A DNA stretch of 64,000 bases from Azolla caroliniana (taxonomy: Eukaryota > Plantae > Polypodiophyta): the NCBI GenBank assembly GCA_043228905.1, contig JBHGNT010000018.1, positions 14,570,001 to 14,634,000 of the forward strand, written 5' to 3'. Below, in pieces: positions 12,757-24,060 of the stretch. The translations under genes and the position numbers were made by a program. How positions within the stretch are numbered: position 1 is the first letter of the stretch; every line of letters begins with the position of its first letter. Under the pieces are notes generated by a model. That model searched no databases. It was given only the letters and a program-made list of their open reading frames with translations, and had not been told where the DNA came from.

Positions 12757-14599
12757 TTCTCAAGTAATATCTAAATGCTTCATCAAAAAGTGATTCTCTA
12801 ATCTTGTGAAAAAGATACCCTCTAATCAATTATATCTCTTCCATGGTGTAGAAAAAAATCACAAAATCATTAAATTTCTTCGTCTGATTATTTACTTACG
12901 GGTGTATCATTGATATAATCATTTAAAGGTCAATGGATCATTGGTCTTGCAACTATGAAATGACAATGTATTCATTTCTTTTCTAGTGGAAAACATCAAT
13001 GAATCAAAATTGAACCTTAAGTTATGCCAATTGATTTACAACCATAACTCCTAATTTAGGCTTGTCCGATTGTGTTTTCAAGGATGCGAAATACTAGAAA
13101 TGCAAAGAACTTGAAAGGCATGTTACATTTCTTCTAGAAACTATACATTACTCGAGATTTGGATGTCATAAATAATAGGGTCCCCGATCGAGAGAGAAGA
13201 TAGAAGTAAAAACATGTAATCTATTTTGTAATGCCTTTTCCATGAGATTAGGGATACACTTTATGACAAAGCGAATAGATATAGTGGCTGATAAATATTA
13301 AACACGCTTTTCAATATCCAAGAATTACGAGTTGTTGCCATACTTAAAAAAGGGTACTTGAGAAGGTAATGAGGAGTACAATGTCCATATTTTTTTTGTG
13401 CCCTATGATCAAAAACACGTGGAAGATAAAATTCACAAAAAATTAATGTTTGAGCAAAGATACAATCTTGTAACCAAGGACTTTCTTCTCGCTTACCCTA
13501 GATTGAACAAGGATCAATATTTCTTACATCGAATTGTCTATACAAGTTCTCATAAATGAGAGCCTTCTTCGTGTACAAGCATTTTTATTCCTACAAAACT
13601 TTATTTGTTTAAATACACTAAGGCATGCCATTTGGAGGGTGTGCAACTTGTTCTCTCCCTCCCTCTTTCTCCAAACAACCAAAATGTGGTACCACTTTTT
13701 CTCAAAAAGGTTATTTTTATTGAGTGTACAACCTCCTCAAGGCACAAAATGGTTGAATCCAAGGGGGAGAAAAGAAGTCAATGCTCCTTATGGTAATATG
13801 AAATGTGTCACCAGACTACATATGGCATTTATATAACTCTTATTTAAGGTTATAGCCAATGTTGATCCTCCATGGACATAGATTTCGACAAAGCAAGTTT
13901 ACTTTTCTATAAACAATCAAAACATCATATAAAAGAGTTTTAGTTTTTTCAATAAGTGTGGAAAACTTTGCCTTCATAAAGTGTTACCATTGGCTTTTAT
14001 TATGAGCATGCAATATTTTCTTTTTTAATTGAAATTAGTAGATTATGATGATTAAGGTTAGGATAAAGTTTTCACATGCATTGTGGACTTGGAAAAAAAT
14101 AAATCATATGTTTTCTTGCAAAATTTAAGTTTAATGGCATATTTTGAGAACTAGCATACAATTATCTCAATTAACTAATTGTTACATTAATCTCTCATTA
14201 ATAAGATTCAAAAATACAAAAAGATAACCCAATTTCTTGATTGTCCTCTCTTGCATATGTTGTCACGAACATATTACAATACCGCGAGGATTGCACATGA
14301 AAAGCAATGTAGGTTTTCACAGGGAAACACTTGAGGACATTCATGGCTTTTCTCTACCATCACTTTAGGTTTCAGATATATACATTAATACATCAAATTG
14401 ATAACTATTTTGATCTTCATACTCGACAAAAAGAACGACTAACATACATTGGGCCCTAACGAACATGCCACCTTTGTGGTGTTGAATCCACATTTGCCCG
14501 CACGTAGTGTTATGCAGATAAGTCTCATGGTTTATTGTCTATGATCCTTCTCCCTATGATTTCAGTTAGTATACATAATTGATGGTGCCACACTTCATC

Positions 14600-16070
14600 A
14601 TGAAGGGTGGCCCTTTTCCAGTCTTCCCAGTTCAGGATCCTTTTGATCCTTCCACGTAGTGTGAGCTCTACCGATTCCCTTGTCCGGCCGTGCCGGATCC
14701 GGATTTATTTGTATCAGCGTGCTTCTTCCAACACTCGCTCACCTGGTAGCCTTTCTTGCCACAATACCAACATTCTGTGTCGGCCTTTGATTGCCGGTTT
14801 TCGACGCCGCCTTGACTCCCTCTGCTCGTGGAGGGTCTGGAACTGTTGTCGGCACTATCTCCGTGCCTTCGATTATGCACTTGTTAGCCGCCACTGTTGC
14901 GCGCCGATCCACCTCGTCCTCCACGTCCACGGGGCCGATCCGCATCCATGTATAACATCCGACTTTCCGATTGAGTGGTCTTGGACACACTTGCGTGGTT
15001 TCTTCGACCATCAACATCGATTGCAAGTCGAAGAAGGACGATGGCTTCTCTTGGGTGCAAATCATCATCCGGATAGGCATGTACCTTTGCACTAAACCAT
15101 CGAGGCAAAACTGGACCATTTCGTCTTCGTCCACCATAACGTTGATGGACCCCAACGCGTCACAAATCTCCTTTATTTTAGTGGTATAGTCGGTAACCGA
15201 CATATCCTATTGTCGGATGTTGTTGAGCTCTTGTCGAAGCTACAACTTCCGGGTCGTGGTGCTTGCTGTGAAAATCTTCTTCAAATTTTCCCAGGCATCT
15301 TTCAGGACTTTTGCATCCTTGATGTAGTTGAGCATCTGATCATGCACACAGGACGCAAGGTAGTACAACACGCTGCTTACTCCTTGCTCCCATGCTGGGA
15401 AGTCCTTGTGTGCCGGCTCTGGCGCTACTTCATTCGCTCCCTCGACATAGCTCCAGTATCCGTGTCCGAGTAGGTACTGGTGCATCTTGTATGACCAAGA
15501 TGCATAGTTATTTTTGTTGAGTTTCTCCGTTGGAAGCGAGCTTGCCATCTCTCTGTCCATTCTTTCTTCAGTCTGTTCTTTTTACCGAAAGTTAGGTTTT
15601 CTTTAGTCTTCTTAAGCTTTCTGTCAGCAACAGAGGATTTTCAACCCTCGTGCTCTGATACCATGAAAGGAGTTATGTGCGGAAGCTCGTAGACAAAACC
15701 AATTTCACCAGATATCAATAGAAAATATGTGCAGGTTTAATGGAAGCTACAAGAATACACCAAACATACACAAGAGAGACAGATAGAGCAGAACAACATA
15801 AACTCAAATTCAAAAATACCACTCTCTGTGTACATACAATGTGCTCAGTTAGCACTTTTATACAAGTCCTTAAAAGGATTGACAGAAGTACGGACATGTA
15901 CTTCAGTGCTCGTACTGAGCTACTGACACCGACTCCTAAAAATATGCCAACGTACTAGGCTAGGATCGTAGGCCTCAAATGGCCTACGGTTACATTGATC
16001 CAGATACTGATCTGGCTCTGGCTTACTCAACTTACCCGATCCAGATCCAGTTGAGCTTGTTCGCTCAACA
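14600..16070 (-). mobile_element. C1: 3'-truncated Ty1/copia element (5' LTR 15664-16070, PBS-Met 15652-15663, degenerate gag)
   Basis: LTR TGTTGAG...TTTCA followed by TGGTATCAGAGC. Gag EKLNKNNYASWSYKMHQYLLGHGYW and a degenerate zinc knuckle CWYCGKKGYQVSECW, with stops and frameshifts. No pol. Left boundary approximate. Confidence 0.85.
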
Positions 16071-17078
16071 GTTGCTTTTGTGTATAAAGCACTAGATTGT
16101 CTAGTGAAATTAACTCTATTGGAGCATCGTTGTGGTGATGGTCCATGTGCGCGAATATTTAGTGAAGATTTTGATGCTTGGTTACAACATAAGATTATTA
16201 GATGCTCCTCTTCCTATTTTTGGCCTCATTTTTTGATGGAAAAAATGGCACAAGGACCCACATTTTTACCTTGGGACATGGTTGGTTGGTATGTTGGCCG
16301 GTTGTCTCTTTGTGTGTGAGTGTGAGTGTGTGTGTAGTGTATTAGTAAGAATAGAAGTCCCCCTCTAGAGTTTTTGGAGGTGTTGAGGTTTATGGTTTGA
16401 CACCTTTACTCTATAGTTGGACCTAATACTAGTATTAAGGTTACTTTTTGGTCCCTTAGCTTGCATTGGTTTAGTTAGACTATGCAATTAGTAGTGCCTA
16501 GGAAACCAAAGTTGGGTGGCACCTTTGTACCACCTTTGTGTTTTGTCACTTGTTTCCTAACATGCCATATGGTCCGAGAACTACTATCCTTACTGTTACC
16601 GGCCGACAAAGGAGTCCAGAGTGGGAAACGGAGAGCTAATTAAGTAGTAGGAATGTGGTTGTAATTAAGCTATGAGTGTGGACGGACGGACCGGAATCGG
16701 TATGCCGTTCCGGATCCAGACCGATCCCGAACAGGTGCGGATGGCACCGTTTTGTAATACAGACCGGAAACCTATTTAAAGGCCCGGATACAATGTAATA
16801 GTTAGCGGTTAATTAATGAAAGCTTAAGCGTTGTTATATCTCTGTGTCAATTGCCGTTCTGTCTTAATTGTTATATCTTACGCGTGTTATGAAGATGATC
16901 CTAATAAGTAACTTAACAAAGTCGGATTAAGCGTTGAAGTCTAATCCGGTTGTCGTAACACCCTTTGGTGAAGTGTCTCACGTAGACACCCTTTGTTAGG
17001 CCATTGTCCGGCCCGAAGAGTTAACACAGTTTTTGGCGACCACGATTCCTGTTTTTGCAGCGAACGACGGCATGGATG

Positions 17079-20000
17079 GATGTCTAGATCAACGCACGAC
17101 CTGGTTACAGATCGAACTCGACGCCTTGCCGAAAGGCAAAGGAGACACGAGGCTTTCCAGCAAGCGGCGCAGGAAATTAGAGCGGATCGCTCGTTTTCCA
17201 ACGTAATCCGGAGAGTAGCGGAGGACTCCCACTGGTTACAGCAAACATCGCACCCGGACGACGGCAACAGCCTAAGCAGCCTCCGGGAAACCGAATCCCT
17301 TCTCCACGCGTTGGCAAACGGAGAAGGCGAAGCAGAGGCCTTTTCAGCATATGAATCGGACTCCGAAGGGGAATACAGCGTGCACACGAACTACCGTAGC
17401 AACAACGAAACCCCGGGCGGACTGGAGGACGAAGGATCGGATACCTTACCGACACCGGAACCGGAACCGGAAGTGCTAACGCTGGAACCCCCAGAACCAG
17501 CAGAAGAAGAACGACCTCCGACACCGGAAGTCGAGGAGGAGAGGCCTCCGTCACTAGCGGAAGAGAAACAACCGACACTGGAATCAAATCGGGAAAGACC
17601 ACCGACACCGGAGAAAATTCCGGAACGAGCACCAACACTACCAGCCCGCGCACCGATACTGGACGACGACATGCCGTTCCAGTACTCTAAGTATAGAGAT
17701 GATCCGGACGCGGAAGCTCATGTGCACGCATTTGAACAGACATGGGAAGCCAACCATGTGTCCCAGCGACTGACACTGGAGGAAGAAGAACGCTCTAAGA
17801 TAGCAGAGTTTGGCGTCACATTGGAGGGACCGACAGCAAGATGGCGCCGGACGCAGGACCCGTCTACCATCAACACCTTTGCAGATTTAAAAGCTAAATT
17901 CATGCATTTTTTTCAAAAGGAGGTGGACCAGACCGTAATGGTAGGCTTATTTTATACTATCCGGCAAGAGGCAGGGGAGAGCATTCCCCAATTTGTCATC
18001 CGGTTTCAACGGATGCATAGTCAGCTTACCCATGCACCCCTGGAGGAGGAATTATGGACGATATTCCTAAACGCGCTCCGGGAACCCCTACGCACGGTTT
18101 GCATGGTAATCGACTTCCGTACAAGTACCATCGACCAGGTCATTGACCGGGTGAAAGAGATGGAAAAGACAAGCTCCTGGCTCACACTGGGCGCACTTAA
18201 CCGGGCGTTACTGTTCGATGAAGACCTCCGGTTTCGGCAAGCAATACAGTGCACAACCTGCTTGAATTCCGGACACTCGGCTCTAGAATGCACTATGAGG
18301 ACGCAATGTGTAATCTGTCAGTCCAAGAGCCATATGACAGATAGGTGCGAGTATAACCTGTTGACTCGGCAAGCACCGCCCGTCCGACAAATTGAGCCAC
18401 GCAGCAGCCGGGATGAAGAAGACGAACGCTGGCGGCGAATGGACCGTGACCGACCGGCACAGGATGTCCGGTATGGCGAGCGACGGGAAAATGATGTCCG
18501 GTATGACGAGCGACGGGAAAATAATGTCCGGTATGGCGAGCGACGGGAAAATGATGTCCGGTACGGTGATCGGCGAGATAACTATGACCGGCATGATCGG
18601 CACCAGGATTACAATAGACGATACGAACAGTACGACCGGGAGCACTCCCCCGGGTATCGTCAGCAACAGGAGGAATACGGCTGATATAACGGGCAACCCC
18701 GTCAAGAGTACCGTAATAAGAAGAGCTTTAACAAAAAATGGCATTTTAAAAAAGGCGGCTACCCCCGGGATCCGGAACAAGGCACTCCAAGTAGCCAACC
18801 GGTACAAAACCCCGCGCGTATCATAGGACCTACCCCGGGCGGGTACAACAGACAATGCCGAATCTAGCAATGCCCGGAAAGCCTACTGCTACTACTGCAA
18901 ACAGGAAGGCCATTATAGTAACCAATGCCCGGTGAAGAGCTATGAAAAACGACCGACGGTAAATATGGTAGTCCCTGAGGTGACAGACCTGCAGCAGGTG
19001 ACCACAAGATCGAAGGGCATGGCCAAAGAATGGGAGACACAGGAGACCATCCGCAAACAAGCAACGGAATGGGTAAAGAAAGCGAACGAGCAGAATGTCA
19101 CAGACTTACAGCAGCAAAAGGAGAACACCGCAGGGCTTGCCGGCGGTAGGCACTCCGAGAACGAGACATGGCAGGCGTTGCAAGAATGCCAGATTACGTT
19201 ACCACTAGGAAGACTCCTACAACTCGTGCCTAGATTCACGGAAGGACTGAAGACGGCCATGACGGCAGGAGAACCATCACCGGCACCGGTACTCTTCTCG
19301 AATCCGGAGGAGGGACCAACAGTGGTAGACTCCAGCAATCCGGTAATCACTGCCATTGTAAAAGGGAAAGAACTCCCCGACACAGTTATAGACGGAGGCT
19401 CTGGGGTAAATGTAATAAGCCTCCGGACGTGTGAGGACCTAGGAATCCACGAGTGGGAGCCGTGTCCGTTCTGGTTGCGGATGGCCGATACAAGCTCAGT
19501 GCGGCCGACAGGATTAATACAGAAATTAGAAGTCACCGTTGGCGGACATACATTTCACATCTCGGCCGTAGTGCTACAATTACAGGCACAAGGCGCATAC
19601 CCACTATTGCTGGGGCGGCCATGGTTGAAAACGACACATATCAAATAGAATTGGCGAAAAAATATAATTACCTTCCAGCGAGGAAAAGCCAAGGTACGGG
19701 TACCAACACAGCCAAGGACGAGTACTGGCAAGGAATGTACACCGTTGTATGCGGAATGCGTCAACATGCTCGAAGGGTTAGCGGACGAAGAAGAAGCTCA
19801 ATACCTACAGGAAAACCCGAAGATCATACCACTCTTCGAAATTGACATTGCCGAAGCCGTAGCACCGTACTTACCGCAACCGGAAGAGGCGGAAGCAGAA
19901 CCAGATAAAGACGCAATCCGGGAGTTACGGCAAGCGCAAGAAGCGTTGGAATGGGAAATGGCCGTTTCACAGCGCGTAAAAGCATCGCAACTGGAAGAGG

Positions 20001-20306
20001 TGAATTTAGGCACCACGGACGAAGCAAAACCGGTGCACATTGCCAAGGAGATGAAGTCCGGAGACAAAACGACGATGATAACACTCCTCACGGAATTTCG
20101 CGACGTATTCGCCTGGTCATACGAAGACATGCGAGAACTCGACCCTCAGTTATACCAGCATCAAGTGCACTTGAGCAAGGACGCAAAACCAGTGGCACAA
20201 AGACGGTACCGAATGAATCCCAATTATACTGCCAAGGTCAAGGAAGAAATCGACAAACTGCTAAGAGTCGGCTTTATCCGTCCGGTAAAGAAAGCGACAT
20301 GGCTGA
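17079..20306 (+). pseudogene. G1 gag-protease-RT N-terminus (disrupted, truncated)
   Basis: ORFs 16993-18684, 18932-19648 and 19745- carry gag (CTTCLNSGHSALEC, CVICQSKSHMTDRC), an aspartic protease and DVFAWSYEDM...EEIDKLLRVGFIRPV. Several in-frame stops. Confidence 0.88.
18463..18582 (+). repeat. 30-bp tandem repeat x4 in G1 gag (DVRYGERREN)
   Basis: Units of gatgtccggtatggcgagcgacgggaaaat. Confidence 0.9.
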
Positions 20307-22008
20307 ACCGGAACCGGTGCAGAAGGAACTGGAAACAGAAGCCCCGGCACCACCGGCAACACCGGCAAGTCCCATTCCGCCAGAGCCGGAAAGGTCACTG
20401 CAGCCTCCCTCGGTCAGCCAAGAAGAAGCGCAAGGGGACCAAGGACAACAGGATGGTCCACGGGCAGAAACGGAACTGCAACTCGGCGCAACCAGGCGGG
20501 ACCACCCCTCTACAAGTGAGCCCATCTATCAAACCTCTGTGCAAGCACAACAAGGCACCGGTAGCCTGTGGCTCCGGTGGATAGGCGAACAGATAGCCGG
20601 AGTAGTGGGGTATATAGAGGCGGAAGAAAGAGCGCAAAGCGAATGGTTGCTCGTCACAACCGAACAACTAGAGACGGCCCGGTCCAGAATCCGGTGCCTT
20701 GAAAAAGATTTGGATCAGGTCACGACAGAGATGGCTAAAATACGGATCCAATCACCGGTGACTCCGGTAAGTGTACAGAATAATGAAACGGAACGACCTG
20801 TACATAGGAATAAGACCCCGGCAACGGAAACCGTTCCGGCGAGAGAGGCGGCGCAAGCTCGGGAGCTTGCAGAATTGAAGGAGGAACTTGCCGCCCAAGA
20901 AGCGCTAAGGAGCCGGGAACGAGAATTGAAGACGGCGGCCGAAGCCGAATTAAAGAAGACTGCTGAGAACCTCCGCCGGGCAGAGGAGAGCCTCCGGAAA
21001 GGCCATCAAGCGTACGACCGGCTAAAGGAGGAGAAAGACAAAGTGCTGCAGGAAAAGGACAAGCTGTGGAAAACTGCGGAAACAGAGATAAAACGGCTAA
21101 AGGAAGAGCTCCGCCAGCAGAAGGACCGCGAGGACCGGGCCCGTCGTCAGATCAACGCACGGCTCAAGCAAAAGACGGATGATTTTGAGCACCTGCACCG
21201 GGACTACAAACGGCTGGAAATAGAGCATAAAGAACGGATGGCCGAGCTCCAGCAGGCAGTTGATCGGGCTGCAACGGCGATCGCCGACGAACGGGCAGAA
21301 AATACAAGACGCTTGGAGGAGGCGGAGAAGGTCCGGATGGAGCTCCAGAACCAGCAACAGGAAGACAAAGAGAGAGCGTCTACAGTATTGCAGAAATTAC
21401 AAAGTACATACCAAAGGCAACTGACGCATTACAAGGCGCAGGCGGAGGACAACGTAAAAATCATCAAACAACTAAAGGAGGAACGGCAAGCGGCGGAAAC
21501 CAAATCGCAATTGGGAACGAGCCGGATTCAGTCCATCCTCCGGGCATGGCTGAATCAGACGAAGCACTTGATTGATGAAAGCTCCGTAAAATGGTGGACA
21601 AAGTGGGCACAAAACGCGGCGGAACTCCAGTTGCTACGGGCGGATGTGGCAAACCGGCGGAAGGAAGGAGATGACTATTATACGTTGACTTCCGAGGACT
21701 TCACCACCATACGGGACGAGCTGGCCGACGACTTCCAAGTCCTGGCAGATGAACAGCTGGCGCAGGTCAGGCAGCTCGTAGCTCAGCTGGACGACGATAG
21801 GCTGGACGCTCAAATCCAATTTGAAAGCTACGAGCGGTCCCGGGTACGGGAAGAAAAAGCACAGGAAGTGACAACGGTTAACCTTAGTGATGAGGAACCG
21901 TCGTCGGCTGAGGGCCAGCCGGGAACCAGTCAACCGGAGACCACCACGACGCAGGGAGCAATGACGGAGACGCCGGTGTCAGAGCCACAAACGGAGGAGC
22001 AGCCGTAG
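20299..22008 (+). CDS. G1 extra ORF2: long coiled-coil protein of unknown function (5' part lost by deletion)
   Basis: ~570-codon open frame, E/K/R/A-rich heptad-like segment, with motif WTKWAQNAAELQLLRADVANRRKEGDDYY shared with G2 and G4. Confidence 0.7.
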   Translation: MAEPEPVQKELETEAPAPPATPASPIPPEPERSLQPPSVSQEEAQGDQGQQDGPRAETELQLGATRRDHPSTSEPIYQTSVQAQQGTGSLWLRWIGEQIAGVVGYIEAEERAQSEWLLVTTEQLETARSRIRCLEKDLDQVTTEMAKIRIQSPVTPVSVQNNETERPVHRNKTPATETVPAREAAQARELAELKEELAAQEALRSRERELKTAAEAELKKTAENLRRAEESLRKGHQAYDRLKEEKDKVLQEKDKLWKTAETEIKRLKEELRQQKDREDRARRQINARLKQKTDDFEHLHRDYKRLEIEHKERMAELQQAVDRAATAIADERAENTRRLEEAEKVRMELQNQQQEDKERASTVLQKLQSTYQRQLTHYKAQAEDNVKIIKQLKEERQAAETKSQLGTSRIQSILRAWLNQTKHLIDESSVKWWTKWAQNAAELQLLRADVANRRKEGDDYYTLTSEDFTTIRDELADDFQVLADEQLAQVRQLVAQLDDDRLDAQIQFESYERSRVREEKAQEVTTVNLSDEEPSSAEGQPGTSQPETTTTQGAMTETPVSEPQTEEQP

Positions 22009-22145
22009 CAACCACCAACGGACCCGCCGTAGCAGACAGCAACAGAGCAACAACAGCAGCAACAACAACCACTTCCAGATGAACCATTGGAGCCTCTCGA
22101 ATAGAGCATTTTGGACATTTTGGACGAAGAATGCAAGGGTCGGTT

Positions 22146-22185
22146 GTGGATTCGATGTACAAGGTACTGTCCCACGGGCGTGCCA
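22146..22185 (+). other. tRNA-3'-half-like motif in place of the PPT (G1)
   Basis: GTGGATTCGA TGTACAAGGTACT GTCCCAC GGGCGTGCCA, then TG, then the 3' LTR. Confidence 0.75.
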
Positions 22186-22580
22186 TGTGTTACCGGCCTA
22201 CAAAGGAGTCTAGAGTGGGAAATGGAGAGCTAATTAAGTAGTAGGAATGTGGTTGTAATTAAGCTATGAGTGTGGACGGACGGACCGGAATCGGTATGCC
22301 GTTCCGTATCCGGACCGATCCCGAACATGTGCGGATGGCACCGTTTTGTAATACAGATCGAAAACCTATTTAAAGGCCCGGATACAATGTAATAGTTAGC
22401 GGTTAATTAATGAAAGCTTAAGCGTTGTTATATCTCTGTGTCAATTGCCGTTCTGTCTTAATTGTTATATCTTACGCGTGTTATGAAGACGATCCTAATA
22501 AGTAACTTAACTAAGTCGGATTAAGCGTTGAAGTCTAATCCGGTTGCCGTAACACCCTTTGGTGAAGTGTCTCACGTAGA

Positions 22581-23220
22581 TGAAAAGAGAGATGATGATA
22601 GAAAAGAGAGAGAAGGAAGATATAGAAATCCAAATCTACAAAGATATATTAATAAGGAGTGATGATCATAGAAACAAGAGAAAGAAGATACATAAACTCA
22701 AGCCTACAAAGATGAATTGATCACTAGAAAAACACACTACATGAATAGGCAAGAAAAACACCACAAGAAAAAAGCTCCTTCTCACCACCTCACCCTTCTT
22801 GCTTTATATGAAATTCTCCTCTAGTAGATAAGTTTCGCTTGCTTTCTTTTCCACGCTTTTTTTAGAGCTTTTCCATCTCCTATTCTTAGCTATGACACAA
22901 CGATCTTCTAATCGTCATATCTCCCTCATCCATGCTCCAAATTTAGAGTTTTAAAAAGCTACGGATAGCTCTCGTCATAAGCTTTCTAACCCATATTTAC
23001 ACGTGATATTTGGATGTCAAACGAGAGAGTTATGAGCATTTGTTTCTGACTGCGTTTTGGTGGTCTGCTTTTTCTCTTTTTAACTTTTCTCCATCTTTAT
23101 TGCTTTTATTTGGACTTATCCACGAGATGTTAGTTCATGTCCTTGTCCTCCAAATGTGAATCCTCCATACCTTATATTCTTTTAGTGTCCAATGGCTTGA
23201 ATTCTAAAAACAATTTCACA
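22581..23220 (-). mobile_element. Solo LTR (640 bp) of the N1 family inserted in the G1 3' LTR, TSD GTAGA
   Basis: TGTGAAA...CTTTTCA on the minus strand. GTAGA at 22576-22580 and 23221-23225. Homologous to the LTRs at 57996-58632 and 60749-61492. Confidence 0.92.
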
Positions 23221-23585
23221 GTAGACACCCTGTGTTAGGCCATTGTCCGGCCCGAAGAGTTAACACTTACCTCCGGCTATGACCCCATGCACATTAATCC
23301 ACTCCTTAGGTTTAATTGGCCCTCATGTAGTGGGTTGTTTGGGAGGTGTGTGTTGTCCCCTTCTTCGGAAGCAACACCTTTGATTGTCCTTACGGAAATC
23401 AAATCAAGGGGTCATGGTACACGGTGGAAAAACAGAATGTGCATGAGATTTGCTCTGAAATAAGTGTCGTGTAATGAAATGATTGGCGTCACTTAGCCAT
23501 AGGACACGATCTTAATTCAAGAATAAACTTCTAAGCGTGATCCTAAACACAACACAGAATAGACCCAAAACCATATATATTTATA

Positions 23586-23719
23586 GGAAATTGGTAAATT
23601 CACAGTTTTTTCTGTATTTTCACAGTTTTTTTTGGGGGATGGAATCTGGCTATCATTTGTAATTAACTCAAAAAAAAAACTGTGAAAATACAGAAAAAAC
23701 TGTGAATTTACCAATTTCC
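23586..23719. mobile_element. 134-bp Mutator-like MITE inside the G2 LTR
   Basis: ~48-bp TIRs GGAAATTGGTAAATTCACAGTTTTTTCTGTATTTTCACAGTTTTTTTT. Flanks tatttata / tattcata (8-bp TSD with 1 mismatch). Confidence 0.8.
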
Positions 23720-24060
23720 TATTCATATTACGAGTGGAGGAACAACGATACACGACTCACAGTTGGGGTTACAACAAAAGTATGATCCGATGCTTATAGT
23801 ATCCTATTCTAGCTAGGGGGGCTTCCTCTCTCCTCTGTTCGCTCCCCCCTTCCTTTCATTTCTCCTTCATGTTTTATAGCTTTTTCCTTTCCCCGCTCGA
23901 CGTGCTTCAGTCTTCCATCGTTTTCAGTTGCACGTATTGCAGTTGCATTCATTCGACTGTATGTTTCTTGCTACTTTCCCGATTATGGTTGCCTTCACTT
24001 ACTTTGCCTACCCGATTTGTTTCACACTTAATATACAAAAGTTGGCCCACGGACAACACT

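Larger units (their letters stand above)
16594..23265 (+). mobile_element. G1: internally deleted Ty3/gypsy LTR element (LTRs 16594-17026 and 22188-23265, the latter interrupted), TSD CTTAC
   Basis: Near-identical TGTTACC...GTTAACA LTRs, with CTTAC at 16589-16593 and 23266-23270. PBS-like TGGCGACCAC at 17034. Gag with CCHC knuckles, protease VIDGGSGVNVIS, RT start ending at RPVKKATWL, then the extra ORF. Confidence 0.93.

Noticed and set aside
18463-18582. 30-bp repeats as a CRISPR-like array
   Set aside because: Head-to-tail with no spacers, in frame within gag, in a eukaryotic context.
20299-22008. ORF2 as an envelope gene or captured host myosin/SMC-like gene
   Set aside because: No signal peptide or transmembrane segment seen. 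Coiled-coil similarity is generic, and homologues sit at the same position in three elements.
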